Source: Entomortierella parvispora E1425 (lineage: Eukaryota; Fungi; Mortierellomycota). Taken from it: a stretch of DNA of 64,000 nucleotides. Made by a program: the position numbers and the translations under genes. Below are positions 43,181-57,290 of this stretch, piece by piece. Within the stretch, counting starts at the first letter, position 1; the number at the start of each line of letters is the position of its first letter. A model generated the notes under the pieces. It saw only the letters and a list, made by a program, of their open reading frames with translations, was not told the origin of the DNA and ran no database searches. Location of the stretch: NCBI GenBank assembly GCA_020891255.1, contig BQFW01000011.1:1426001-1490000 (forward strand), written 5' to 3'.

Positions 43181-45634
43181 TTATTCTTCTGTGATTCCTG
43201 CTACCGCTGTAGTTTCTGGTCTGTTAAGATTCACTCCATAGCGTGTCAGTCCTTGATCCAGAGCATCTAAATTTACAGAGAATTTTAACAATTAGTTTCT
43301 CTATGGTAAGGTACAGGAATGTAACTCGACTTTGACGGACAACATCACGTTAATTCTCTTTTCTTTTTCTTTTTTCTTTTTTTTTTACCTGAATAGTTCG
43401 CCATGTCTGCAAGGGCGACAGCCAATCGGCTTTGTGAGAGATCGCCATTCAATTTCTCCATCTGTAAAAAGACACAGGTAGCCTCAGGGACACCGGTGGT
43501 CGCCATCAAAAGATCCAACTCCGACCTTGAACTCCATATCATGACCAGAATATCCATGATGTATTTCATGGCAGGAAGGAGTTCGCTTGCGGCCTTGAGT
43601 GGCTTCCTGGAAACGCTTGAAAGCCCAATATTGATTACTTGCCCAAAAGCCCCTGATTCAATAAACTGTTGCCGCCATTGCCGGTGCAGAACAAATTCAT
43701 GGGCGAGACTCAGTGCCCAATATTTGACATCGTCGTCTTTGGAAGCCAGGCACTTTGGCAACCGCATCCCAACGCCTGCACTCAAAGCCTGTAATTGAAA
43801 TGAGACTAACAACGATCATGGGGGTATTATTTCTTGTTAGTATCAGGATTATGGACTTTCTCTTCCATTGTAAACAAAATACAAGTAGGATATATTACCG
43901 TCCTGCAACATCATGAACTTCAGTGTTCTGAGCAACACTCGGGAAATGTACGCCTCATCCGCTGCCAGCAGCACGTTGATAGAACGACACAATCCTCGTG
44001 TCTCCTTGAATTCATCGAGCGCAACGCCTATGAACGTCGCAATCATTAAAACCTTTAGTTTACATCAGAGCTCGTAGACAAACGGGGTGAATGTAAGGAA
44101 GCAGAGAGACCCATACCTTTGATTGCAAACTCGTGCATTAGTCCGATAGCCCAATATACGAGCTCAAAGTCATCTGAAACATATCAAGACAGTAAAATGA
44201 ACGTTAGTTCACAGAAAAAAGAGACGAGAAAAAGGGAGTGTTGGCCGATCACCTTACGTACCGCTGCGGATATAACTGGCAATGAGAGGCACTATATCGA
44301 ATTCCAAGAGCTCACACAGATAATATCGTACGTCGTCGTCATCATCCATAGTCACGATTAGTCGAACCAGCGACTGCAAGCAAATCTTTGGCATGGTGGC
44401 GTTCCCAAAAGACAATCGAGACATTTCCGCCAAAGTCCTGATTATCCCCACACTGATCAGGTCGGTATGCAGAGTCTCTATAGCATGTGAAGTCCGTCGT
44501 GAGTAAGAAAAGCTGATCAAGTTTGACATTATCCATTTCTTCTCGAGCTGCACATATTCCACACCTGTTAGAGCCAATTGATGGATGACCATTAACGACC
44601 AATATTGAAGTTCATTTGCTGGCTCAACATTGACCAAAAATTTAGAGAGTGGCTCCAAAATCCCGTATTGTACTACTTGCTTCCGTCGAGGCTCTAGAGC
44701 ATGTGCGGCAATGTTAGCGCCAGGCACCCGAAATGGTTTTGTAACTACTATAGTATACAGCACAACCCTTACCTGATGCTGTAATCAGCTCGCATACTGA
44801 TACAGCCGCGTACCTATGCGACTTTTCTCTGTTTTCCGGATCCTTTAGCACATTGACGAGGATCTCTAATGCTCCTGCTTCTACAAGTATGCTGCGATTG
44901 CTCTCTAGACGGTTCAAAAAGAGAGTAACGACGAGTCAGAAGTCAACTCGTACTAGTTTGGTGGAGTTCAAGATAAAGTAATCTCACTGTCCTGTACCAT
45001 TGCGGGTCAGTAGCTGTAGAGTTGTCACGCCTTTCCACCGTTCCTCTTCGTCATCTGATTCGGCTATGGTATCCAAGATGTAACGGAGATTGGGTTCTAT
45101 TGCCACAGTTGTTGAGAGACAACCAGTAAGAAAATGATTCGACGAGCTTCGGCTCTATTCCCACAAAATCGCCAGCATTTCCAGTTTACCCTTCATGGCC
45201 CTGCTGAGAAGTATCCGGACAGAACTATCAGGAAACAGAGTCGGGTGAGTAGAGAGAACGAAAAGGCCTGAGTAAAAAGTAGAGAGACAATTTTACATAT
45301 GGTTATACCTGCCCTGCAACACGATGCTATCAGATCGTGCAAGCTTTGCCAGTGCATCCATGCTAATCTCTGTTGTAAGAAAGAGCGAAATGTTAAAACA
45401 GGAGCCAGTGCTATTCTTCCTTGAGTAAGTAGTATGAAGTGCGGATCAAACTCTCGATATGAATGGGGCTAAGAAAAACGTACTGTCTTCAACCATGCCG
45501 AGGATGTTTCGAGTCTCCTCAGGCTCACTTGCGAACAGGGTTGTAGCATGGCGCACGACCGAGTACATCATGAGCACGAGGGAGACCCCTGCAGTGAAGT
45601 AAATGAGCCTGTCGCCATTCAGACCTGGAGACAT
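43181..45634 (-). CDS. Armadillo-repeat protein with an N-terminal transmembrane anchor, multi-exon
   Basis: MSPGLNGDRLIYFTAGVSLVLMMYSVVRH (TM); ARM-like units LVEAGALEILVNVL, VVQYGILEPLSKFL…LQYWSLMVIHQL, and LASKDDDVKYWALSLAHEF. Exon structure approximate. Confidence 0.7.
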
Positions 45635-46029
45635 GAGAAATGCTACTGAGCAATGCAGACTAGTTCCTTTAGTCGTTGTGTTCTTGCTTTTATCCGTGTC
45701 CGTGTGTGAGTGAGTGAGTATGTGCGTGTGTTGACAGATAGAGAGGAAAAAAGAGATATGAGGCACCATGCGGCCTTTGACCTCGAAGAAAATTTAAAAT
45801 GGAAAGCGGTGACCCAAAAGCCACACCAACGCGCACAAAATTTATTTTGATCAAACTGCTCGTTCTTGCATTCATTCATTCATTCATTCGTCCGTTTCTC
45901 AATCAACCGCCTCCCTGTCTCTTTCTTTCGTCCTTGCTCTCTCTCCCACGGAACACGGACACAGGAGACCCAGCGTCTGGACATCGAAACACCCACTTTT
46001 CCCATTCGCCTGCAAGGAGACATCTCAGC

Positions 46030-48590
46030 ATGCTGTCCACATTGTCTTCATTAGGAATCATGTCCAAAAGGCGCGATCAGCGCCGACTTCTGCATCAGCT
46101 CACCTACAGACTTGGATCTCGCAAGGTCCTGGAGGAGCGGAGTAAAGCAAGCATGATCTTCATCGTGGGATTCGCTTACCTGTCTTCCCTGATATCACAA
46201 CGTGCTGACGGCGGATTGTTTGGCGTGTTTAGTAAGAACCTTCATATTTCCACGATCAGTCTGTCGAGTATGATGTGTCAGCGCATAGCATTTCTGACGC
46301 GTTCTTTTACTTTCAATAGGATTCTACAATTATCTATTCACAGGACGTACATTTGTGTTGACAGTTGCATACGCAGTGGCAGGATTGGCTCTCGTGGGAC
46401 TGAGGAACCGGAATGTGCAATGTAAGCCGGCAGTGATAATCGGATCAGGAGAATATTGGTACCTGAAATGGACCGCTGACGGACTGGATCATGTACTTTT
46501 TCACCATTGAACCAACATTAGTGAACCCTCGATTGTCAGCAACGTATTTGCATGACCTCCTCTCTATCTTCTCGGATCGATGGTCTTGGGCGGTTATTGG
46601 ATTTTACATTTTCGCGTTCAGCACTCTTCACAATTTGATCATGACCGGCGCTTCTTCACCCGTCACCAACTACAATGAGCTGGTTGTCTATATCACGTAT
46701 GGATAAGACTTGACAACACCTGTTTTTAAGGATCTGCCTCTGCTTGTAGAGAAATATCGGCATACTCATTGCCCAGCTTTTCCTCTTTGATAGCGTCAAG
46801 GGAATTACCCAAATCAACGAACGATACATTTTGGTACGAGCCTTCTCCCTCGCCCTTGGATTGGCCTACGGTATGGGTCACCTTATTCAGCAAAAGGACT
46901 GGCTCATGTTCTCTGACGTACAGGTATGGTCTATATCTTGTACTCAAAAGCAATATTTTTACGTCATGCTAGCAAGGCTAACCATCAATTTGATTACAGC
47001 TTAATATGGTTGACTACGTTTTTACCCACTACCGTAAGAAAGTGGTCAAGAGATCATTATTGTTCTCTGCCCGTTTCGCTACGGCGTTCTGGATCATTTA
47101 CAACTTCTTCTTTGGTCGACTCTTGGTCAGCATGGCCATGCGATTTGTTGCAGAAGATATTCAGTACCATGCTCCTCAATACGGCCCTCGGTGGTATAGC
47201 TTCGGACTCGCCTTTCGTCTTTTCCTCACTTCCCTGCCAATCACCATGTTCATGGAGTCGGTTCATCTCGTGTGCCAACATTTCTTGACGATGGTATGTT
47301 GTATTTGGACGTCATATATGTACTTTTCGATCTCGTTGTGACCCAGGATTCGCTCTAAACGAATCTATTTCCTTGTCTCATTAGAGAATGAATGTCACTT
47401 CATCCTCCGTCGATCCCAACGCGTGCCTGGTTTCGGGGGTAAAGTCGAGCGCATCCAACGATGTTCAAGAGAAACTGTTGAAGTACCATGCATTCCAGGA
47501 GCTAGACCAACTTGCAGGACATAATGCGGATCGACGGACAGAAATTTTCTCGGATGCTACCTGTGTACCCTCTGCTTGGAAGCAAATTTCAGACAGCTGT
47601 GTGGATGCTTTGAAGGCGGCTACTGTGCGTCTTGAGCGGGTGCCTATCAGTACAGTGACCCAAGCAGGAGCCAACAAAGGATCTGCAGAAACATTGAACA
47701 CCACCGCCAGAAGAAGACTGCCGCCGGGTCATGGCGGCGCTTTTGAAGAGAACATCTTCCGGCCCAGCAAACACGACCACTTTTTTGATAGCCTGAAGGG
47801 ACCAAGCACAGAGGAGCTCTTGGCTCAGTCGAGAGTGGAGCAGGACAAGACCCTAGCCAACAAGGACTCGGACAAGAGACCCAACTTGAGTGGATCAAGA
47901 GATCGTTTGGAGATTCTTGCTTTCCGATGGATCAGCAAGACTGCTCGCGATCTGGTATTCAAGCATCCCGAGCTTCACAAGCAGATGGACAGCATCCCTG
48001 ATGCCGACTACCTTCATACTACAGACGACTTTCAGCTGTCAGTCTGGGCTTCTCAGAGTAAGTTGCATTCTCCTCCCTTCCCCATTTTTCGTATTTGTGG
48101 ATGATGCAGCGAGTCGGTCAATGTTTCAATCTAACCTTTTCAACTTGTTGTCGCTTCCTCTGCAGTCTTGGCACGTCTGGTTTCTGCTTCTTATTCAGAG
48201 GATCAATTCGGAGTTGTGCAACAGGATATCTCTAAAGTGCTCGAGACCATGCTCAAGTTGCTGGTGACGTTAGAATCCTTCTTGCTTAAAAAGTCTCGCT
48301 CCAAGGAATCGGCCTCCATTGCCGCTCACATCAACGCGCAAGACCTGGTCACACTCCGCAACTATTCTCTTCAACAAGGTAAGCACTCCTTTTTTTCTGC
48401 GTATTTTCGCTGATTTGGGTCTGTTGTTTACTAATAATATCGTAATAACCCCTACCTTCTAAAACGCTCTTCAGTGCTCAAGACATCCATCTATCAGATC
48501 GTAGTGGTATTCAGAGACCAGCTTTCAGACTTCAAGCTGGCACCCGCCTATGCCGATCGCCTGAGTCATTTTATTCAAATGGAGGATTAA
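46030..48590 (+). CDS. NDC1: Transmembrane nucleoporin NDC1, multi-exon
   Basis: N-terminal TM segments; SVDPNACLVSGVKS…AFQELDQLA…RRTEIFS; SYSEDQFGVVQQDI…LLVTLESF; LKTSIYQIVVVF…RL. Start codon uncertain. Confidence 0.85.
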
Positions 48591-48789
48591 ATACACCTCT
48601 GACCCTCTCAAAAAAACAACTCCTTCGAGGGCAACCTCTGCCAAATACAAAACCCCTCCTCCAGAACTCTATAAAACACCTACACTTCTACAAATATAAA
48701 GGAGATTTTCTTTTTCAATTGCTTTGGTAAATGTTTTTTTATTCCCATACACAGAAGATACATAGCTAGTCTGGCAAAATTGGATATCC

Positions 48790-50401
48790 CTATTGTGCGC
48801 TTGGAGGGGCAGGTTCTGCCTTTCCAGAAGCAGCAGCCTCCTTCTCCTGTTGTTGTTGCTGCTCCAAAAGCTGTTGCTTGGCCTGAGCCTCTACTTCCTG
48901 AATCTGAAGTCTCTGGATCTCATCACCCTTCATACGGGTCCAGACATAGTCCTGAGCAATCACACCAACAGCCAGGCGGATACAATCCACCATCCTGTCC
49001 TCGACCCACTCGTTCTCCTCATAAGGGATCATGAGCCAATGTGCGGGCAAACTCTGGGAAACTGACTCGAATTCTAGCTTGTGCGTGGGGTCGTGCAAGA
49101 CAATGACATATGACAAGAACATGTCCTTCTCCATGATCTTTGCTGCGGAGGCACTGTCGTCAGCGGCCTTGGAGGCGTTGTATCCGTGGCGGGGAGCGCG
49201 ACATGGCTGAATGGCCATGAAGACGGGGCAGGTTGACGCATGGGTGTTGGGGTTCTTTGCAGTCGCTTGATGGTTCTCGGGGTCGTAGTGAGACTTCAGC
49301 AAGTGCTCAATATTGGCCTGGTTGAATGAGATGACAGAAAAGGTATTTAAGTCCTCAAGTTCACGCACACACCGATCCAATGGTGATCAATCTGCTCCTT
49401 GCTACATTACCTTGGCAAGCTTGACGGCCTGCTCGAATCCTTCGCAGGCATTCAGCTGTCTGTCTTCAGGAGCAACATCCTCGTTTTGGGTTCCAGCGCC
49501 CTGGTGAACGACCACGTCGCCACCTTCCGTTTGCTCCATGACCTTGGAGAAGGCTCTGTAGACCAAGGACTCAACGCCAACATATCCGACCATGTCATGA
49601 GCCAGCCAGATCTCGACCACCTCATGCTCTGCTATTGGGGGTGCAATCACATCCAACACTGTCGTCATCGAGCTCAAGGTCAGCGACTTCAAGTCGTTAC
49701 CTACAAGAACCAGAAAACGCGTTAGTACCATGACGAGCAGCACGCGTCAAGTCCCCCTTTTTGCCATTTGTCCCTCTGTTTTTTTTTTCTCCTTGAAGGT
49801 GTGGTTTCCTGTGATGGGTCCCGACAAACTAGATCCGTATGTCCTCAAACGTACCAATTTTGCCAATGTTTTCGGCGTTGACGAATCCTTTGACGCGCTC
49901 CTCGAGACTCTTGCCCGCCTGACTTTCCATGGTGGCTTTGACAGAACTCTGCACGGCAGTCTGGGTGGTCTTGACAGCCTCGGAGGCCGACGACCAGAGA
50001 CTTCCCAACCATGACGATCTAGAGTCGCCTTGGGGGGCATGCTGTTGTTGCTGTTGTTGCTGTTGTTGTTGTTGCTGCTGAAGGTACCGCGAAGGCAATG
50101 CAGACGAGTCATAGATGGACGACTGGGCATTGTTCGAGGATGGAGGGGTGGCCTTGTTGTCAGATGAAGAGGAGGCCGACTGGGTGATCTCATCCAGAAA
50201 GTCGAGGACAGACTGCTCGTCCTGTGCACCGGCTCCGGCAGCATGAGCAGGGCCGGAGGAGGAGGCGGCGGAGGTGGACGAAGCGGTGCGGTCGCGTGCG
50301 GAGGCGGAGACAGAGGACTGACCGGTCGCGTCGTTGGCGGGGGAGTCGTTGCTGTCGAGCGAGTCCAGGAACTGGAGGACGTCGTCTTTGGAGGAAGACA
50401 T
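48790..50401 (-). CDS. MTC1: Maintenance of telomere capping protein 1 (DUF5427) family, multi-exon
   Basis: DDVLQFLDSL…VLDFLDE…SWLGSLWSSAS; TTVLDVIAPPIAEHEV…HDMVGYVGVESLVYRAFSKVMEQ; SQSLPAHW…EWVED…VIAQDYVWTRM. Confidence 0.8.
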
Positions 50402-50801
50402 TGCTTTTAAAGAGGGAAGAGTGGGGATGATGAAAGAAGAAAGACGGGAGATGATGAAGAACAGGTCAGGTCACTTTCCCACTCTCCACAAGACATGCAT
50501 GTCGGCCAAAAGTCCATTGACCCTCTTGACTGTGTGGCTTTGCTGTGGGTGAATGTGCGAGAGAGAGAACGGGCTGTTGCTTGATTGCACGATGTCATTC
50601 TTCCCGTTCCTTTGTGCCAAGAGCTCTCTTTGTTCTCTCTTTGCTCTTCTCTCTTCTCTCTCTCTTCCTCTCCTCTCCTTTCCCTCTCTCCTCTTCCCTT
50701 CTCCTCCTCCTTCCCCTCCTCCTTCCGTCTACTCCCTTCGCTAACCACCTTCGCAGCCGCTACCACCTCCGTTGCCTTCTCTCCTTTCAGGAACAGGTAT
50801 C

Positions 50802-52804
50802 ATGGGCTACCCAGATGACAAGAAGCAGCGCCAAGATCCTTACCCGGACCAGAACGGCGGGAGCTCAAGCAGCAACTACAACAACAACGGTTCCTCCTTC
50901 CAGGAATACTATCAACACGAAGACGAGAAGCGAACCTCCAGTGGTGTATACGGAGACCTGCCACGGACCTCCACCTCGACCCTCCTGATCGGTGGGGCTC
51001 CTTCGCCCCCTGCCTTACCCTCTCGCCAGCCCTCAATTGCTCAGCACCAAAACGGCAGAGCTGGTGTCCAGCACTCCGTGTCCAACCCTAATACCAGCCT
51101 CGGCAGCCATGGCTCAGTAAGCCGTCGACCCTTGTTGGTCCCCATCCAGGACGACTTCAAAGAAGTCTACAGGGACCTCACACAAATCTATAAACGAAAA
51201 ATCAAACCCCTGGAAACAACTTACAACTTCGAAGGGTTCCACTCTGCACCTCTTACCGACAGTGACATCGTTGCCAAGCCAATGGTTCTCCTTCTTGGAC
51301 AATACTCTACTGGAAAGACCACCTTCATCAAGCACCTTATCGAGAGCGACTATCCAGGATCCCACATTGGCGTCGAACCCACCGTATGAATATTCATCTT
51401 TGACTTTGGTCGCTGTTCTTTTTTTATGCGCGATTGGTCCGTTTTAATTAACTTTACTGTTTTTCCATCCTCCACTCTATGATCTTTATCGAACAGACGG
51501 ATAGATTTGTGGCTGTGATGGGAGGAAACGAGTCTCGGGTAATTCCAGGAAACGCAGCCGCAGTATCGTCCGACCTACCCTTCCGAGGACTCGATCGATT
51601 TGGACAGGCTTTTCTATCTCGTTTCCAGGTCTCGCAATGCCAAGCGCCGTTATTGCAGAACATGACTCTTATCGATACCCCTGGCATTCTGGCCGGCAAC
51701 AAGCAACGGATCGAACGTGGCTACGACTTTACAAAGACGATTGAATGGTTTGCGGAACGGTCCGATCTGATCCTCCTCTTTTTTGACTCGCACAAGCTCG
51801 ACATTTCGGACGAATTCAAGAGCTCCATCTTTGCCTTGAAGGGTCAGGAAGAAAAAGTACGGGTGATCCTCAACAAAAGTGACATGGTGGACCAACAGCA
51901 ACTCATGAGAGTCTATGGTGCGTTGATGTGGTCGCTCGGCAAGGTGATTCAGACCCCAGAGGTAATGCGAGTTTATTTGGGCTCGTTCTGGTTGCACAAG
52001 CCGTTGAACGTCTTTGAGGACTGTCGAGCGCTCTTGGATAAGGAACAGGCTGATCTGCTGAACGACTTGCGTGATCTCCCCCGCAATGCTGCGATCAGGA
52101 AGGTGAACGAGATTGTAAAACGAGCTCGACTGGCCAGAGTCCACGCCTACATCATTGGTCATTTGCGCAAGGAGATGCCAGCGGTCTTTGGCAAGAAATC
52201 AAAACAACGTGAGCTGATCAACGACCTTCAGGGCGAGTTTCTCAAGGTCCAACAAGTTTATTCTGTCCCCGCTGGTGATTTCCCTAATGTCGCTGCCTTC
52301 CGCACGACCTTGGAAGCCTACAAGTTTGAAAACTTTGCCAAGATAAGTCAACCCATCTTGTCTGTTGCTGAAGAGGCGCTTTCGGTGGATTTGCCAAAGA
52401 TTATGAGACGCTTCCCCTCCAACAACCCGTTGCTGGAACTCTCTCAGAAGAACCCGTTCCTGGGACCACCAGAAACCTTCAACGCGCTGAACACAAACCA
52501 GAGAGAAGATATTCCACCGGGCTACTGGCACTTCTCATCCGTGGACAAGAGTAGTGCATTGCCCATTTTTTTGTCATTGAACCCAATTGAGGGCAAGGTG
52601 AATGGATCAACGGCGAGACCCTACTTGATGGAGACTGGCCTGTCGGTCGAAATTTTGGCTCGGATCTGGACCTTGGCGGACTGGACCAGCGACGGATACC
52701 TGAGTGAGGACGAGTTTGCGGTCGCTTTGCATTTGATCCGCGCAGTACAAAGTGGCGGTGAGAGTGTCCTGCCTGTGTCCCTGCCACATACCATGCTGCC
52801 CTGA
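50802..52804 (+). CDS. EHD1: EH-domain-containing dynamin-like ATPase (EHD/RME-1 family), 2 exons
   Basis: KPMVLLLGQYSTGKTTFI, IGVEPT|TDRFVAV, IDTPGIL, RGYDF…WFAERSD, LNKSD, RVYGALMWSLGK, RVYLGSFW, and a C-terminal EH domain (LARIWTLAD…DEFAVALHLI). Confidence 0.95.
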
Positions 52805-53043
52805 ATCTGAAAATGCGCCCATCCCCACGATCCACTTCTTTTCACGTAATAAAATAATAAGGGCAGGTCGGCCTCTTTGGCTCTAGATGATTGTTACGCA
52901 AGACTGGATGGTGTGTTCGTCGTGTGAATAACAAGCACTGCCATAGTCGTTGTTCGTCTATGCAAAATCATTCTTGGTCAAGTTCTTGGTCTTGTTAACG
53001 TACGGGGGCATCGTTATGGTCTTTTGATTGGGTCTTTTGCTCT

Positions 53044-53733
53044 CCAACGAGCAGGCGGCACGCATCCCAATAATAGTTCATGTCCACAGGACATGTTTGC
53101 CAAACATATGTGACATTGCTGCCCAATGATTGACCTGTCAAGTACGGACATTGCTGCTAGTAAAGGACCGACCTGTAGTAGATTCAGCTGTATTGACAAT
53201 AATCCCACTTGCTCACGAACCTGCGGTGGATAGGTTTCGCAACAGGAGCTACTGCATTGGAAGCATCCCTGCCCCAACTCCTCCTTACAATGCCACAAAC
53301 ACCAAGGCAAACTCAAATAGAGGCCCTGTGTCTCCAAGAGATGTACAAGCTGCGGTAGTGTCAGGGAATGGAGGGGAACCACTCCTCTAATGTCCCCACG
53401 ACCGGTACTTTTTTTTCCAAGTATCCAGAGGGGCGGAAATCCCCACGGGTTCCTACACTGGGGGAAAGTTGTTGAAGCGGTTAAAAAGGCCGTGTCTCCT
53501 GCCACATGACGGGTATAGGGGCTCAATGAACAACAACACAACAACACAACAACAGTCGGTTTGTATCCCCCTGGGGTGGCTGCCTCTCAGCACGGGATAA
53601 CCCCCCGGTTGGGTATCCCAATGGCAAGGGTGGAAGAAAGAAGAGGAACAACTGCCATCGCGAGCGGTCATTTTAGCACTGGCCACCACGCCCATCCAGA
53701 ACACAAGCCACCGAATATGGGTCACGTGTGACC
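53044..53733. repeat. ~700-bp dispersed repeat, copy 2
   Basis: Same orientation as and colinear with 24636-25330, with substitutions and small indels. Confidence 0.9.
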
Positions 53734-54298
53734 TTCTGAGTTTTCAAGCCGAACAGGACGAAAGAAGTGTTCAAGAATATGTTTTTCAACTCCATCACGA
53801 CCTCGACAGTGACTTCAGTTAAGACTGGAAAGATGAGTCTTGTTGCCTGTGGGTTCTAGAAACTATCTGGAGATCAAGGCTGTAAATCGGCTCTGCAAGC
53901 TGACTCCATGCACACGGTGTGCGGTAACACTTCCTGAGGCACAAGTGTCGATGCTCACTGCCTCCTTCGCAACAGGATCGGCAAGAGTCATGCTCCATCG
54001 CCTTCTATTCCAGGATCTTGGCGATGTTAGTTCACAAGTAGTCGCAGCAGTCTTGCACCACGCTTTTTTTTTTTTTTTTTTTAGGCACAAGTCGAAAACT
54101 TTAACTCTGATTACACTTGTGCGACACAAGCGCGGCTGTTCTGCTGGTCTTTCTTTTTTCTTTTCCAATTGTTAGTCCACGATGCATGACAGCCTTTCAA
54201 GCTATTGGTAACAAAGGCAAAGGATCTGCTCGGCAGCAACCACAGTGTTGCTTTAGGATTACAGTAGGATTATTATTATTCTTGTTTCTTTTAGTTTT

Positions 54299-55580
54299 CT
54301 AACTGGATGCAGACAGCAATGAATCGCCACGCTGACATCCTCCTGGCAACAAATAGCGGAACCGATCCCGGTTTTCCAGAACCCAGAGGGGCAGACCAAC
54401 GGCGGTAGTGGATTTGGGGATACCACCCAATCGGGTCAGGAGCTCCTTGAAGGTGAAAGCCTCGGGGAACATGCCCCACAGATCCGTTCCGTCACAGATG
54501 GCCTTTTGGATGCTCTCCGTTTCGAGCAACTTCTTGGTTCGGACTCTGTCTGCATGTGAATAGGCCAGCATCTTAAAACGGAACTCGTCAATCGTACGGA
54601 AACAGAATGAACAGTGCCAGCCTAAAGACAAGGAGAAAAGAAGAAGCGGCGGTCGTTAGAGGACAATGAAGCGAAAATGCCATTTGAAAGGTCGACAGAT
54701 TACAGACGGCGGGGGTTTGTTCCTGTGAGCATGAGGCGAGGTGGGACTAGGTTTTACCTGCATCGGAAAGGATGAATTTCGAGTTCTGGCCGTGGTTGTA
54801 TCTTGACTCGCCTCTCTTCCACCTGTTCACACTGCTTCTCCAGCTCCTGTCCCTGTTTGGGTACTCGTAACTGTATATATAGTTATTCAGATGCATGTGA
54901 ACGGAATCCGGGGTGCCTTCACAGTACTTGAACAGCTCCAACGTCTTCTTTGAGATGACCTCGTCCACGTCCGAGAAAGTGACCACATCTCCATCCTGGA
55001 CCCCTGAATCCATGATGTGATCTTGCATAGCCCATCGCATCCTTCCTTCGTTATCCCAAGCGGTGTCCTTTCCGGTCAGAGGGTACAAGGGAACAAACTT
55101 GTACACGATCTTGGACTCTGCAAACGCAAACCGCTTGCGGTTATCGGCAAAGGTCGTATCCTTGGGCAGCCCAGTAAAAGTGCCGTTGGATTCGACAATC
55201 AAGAACTTGTCCACCACATCCCAGGTTTCGCGCATGCGGATCTCGAGCATGTCTAGCTCCACGCTAAAAATGACGGCATCGTAAACGAGGGGTGTCCGTG
55301 TGGCAGGTGTTCCTGCCTCGGTCAAGGTTGCATTTCGTGCCTTCCAACCGTGCGCCTCACAGCGAGCCTCCATCGACATGCCTTCGGCATAATAGTGAAC
55401 AATCTCCTCTGGAAAGATGATCGTCTCCTTATCCCAGATCGGTCGAGCGAGGTATCCGATATCGACGATGATGTATGGAAAGAGGGCGAAAATACTTCCA
55501 AAAAAGACGACGGCACAAAACAAGAAGGGCACCACATATGATCCCCTCCGGAAGATTCGGTACGGCAACACTTTTCGCAT
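54299..55580 (-). CDS. Glycosyltransferase family 17 (beta-1,4-N-acetylglucosaminyltransferase III-like), 2 exons
   Basis: Type II TM anchor; RPIWD…HYYAE…RCEAHGWK; VYDAVIFSVELDMLEIR; FLIVESNGTFTGLPK; SDVDE; GWHCSFCFRTIDEFRFKMLAYSHADR. Confidence 0.9.
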
Positions 55581-57290
55581 CTTTCCTGGTAGTGTGTGTT
55601 AGTGTGTGTCTCTTGTCTGAAGACAAGAGAAGGTTGAAAAGAGGATGAAGAAAGCTTTAAAGAGGCAAGGATGACGTTGCGGAAAGAGTTGGAGAGATAA
55701 CCAGACTTGGGGAAGAGGAAAGAGAGTCTGCAAAAGATTAGAGGGAAGAAGAGCAAGAGGAAAAGGGTATGTGAGGATGAGAATAAGAGAGGTGGAAGGG
55801 AAGGTGGAGGAGCGGGAGGAATGAAAAAGAAGAGAGGAAAGAAGCGAGAGAGAAAGAGAGAGAATGAGAGAGCAAAAACCTCGCCAAGGCATTTTTTCTG
55901 ATCGTGGACATACTCTGAGTTCAAAAACGGTCGGTGCAGAAGACTTCTCGCCTCCTTTGACCGCTCAGAATCATTTGGGAGAGAGATTTTCTGTTCGCAA
56001 CAGGCACAAAGCCCCTTCCCCTGTGCACAATCTAATTCAACTTTAGAACAACAAACATCCTTCACAGCAGACACCAATACCAACCGTGATTGTTGCTTTT
56101 GGCTGTTGTTTGTGTTCTTGTCCCCACAGTGCGTTCACCTGTATCCGATTTTTTTGTGTCGTGGCGGAGGTGACGATGCTTCTCTTTTTTTTTTTTTTTT
56201 TTTTTTTTCGACTTCGGCAAAGGCGCCTGGGAGTGTTTTTTCATTGCCTCATATTTGAACGTCAGACACCCAATTGGATATGACTTCACTACAGCGCTTC
56301 CGGCCCCTGCGTACCTGAAACACATCCATTCTCTGCTGTCTTCACTCTTTTCCTTTTTTTTTTTTTGCCTTACCCTCGCAGATCAATTGCTCTCTTCTAC
56401 TTCTCATCCATCTTGACTGAAGACAACGGATCGACTTGCCTTACTTACTCAAGGTCCTGACAATGCGAAAAGAAAACAACAGGGGAAAGAGGATACATGT
56501 GACTATTGAGGGTTTTTTTTTTTTTTAGATTATGACCGTTATTGATTTTCAGGAACCAATCTATCCTGTCGAAACTTGATCCAAGGGTTCTCTGCCCTAT
56601 TTCAACTTACAGAGCCTTGTGTTTCCATGCCGCATACAAACTCAACTGCTACCATCCAACAGCTCACTCCTGGGTCGCTTGGACTTGTTTTCTTAAGTGG
56701 CTTGCGCCAAGGAATCAGGCGGATTCGATCCCTAGATTAGCAACAGAACAAGTCCTCTGTCAACAGCTGAGGCAAGGACAACCTACGAATGGGGGCAGAG
56801 AGAATGAACGGATTATCATTTTTTTTTCTCTTTTTCTTTTTTTCTTTTTGGGAATGAGTTCACCTATCAAAGTGAGTGAGCAAGGGTGGATGGCACCAGA
56901 TGCTCATGTGTCAATATGGAGAATGGAACCGAAGCGGGAATAGGGAAAACAAGAGACCCTATCCATGGATCCAATAATCCAGACTCCATGGGCGAAGCTC
57001 ATGGCCACGATCCCAGCCCGTTCACGATCTCCAGTGTTCCTGTCCTGTTTGCTATCCACGCTATATTTTTTCTTTCAATCAGCGGCTTCAAAGCCCTTTT
57101 ATTCATATTGTTATTTTTGATGTTCTCTGGTATGTCAAAGGACCAGATGTTAGGTATTAGCGAAAGTAATGATACATGTGGAGAACTAAAGAGAGCTGGA
57201 AGAGGGAATAATGCAAATCTTCGGAAGCTCCAACTGGAAAAGGGGGGGGGGGACAAAGCAATAAAAAGAACAGGTCAAAACTGATATCCT

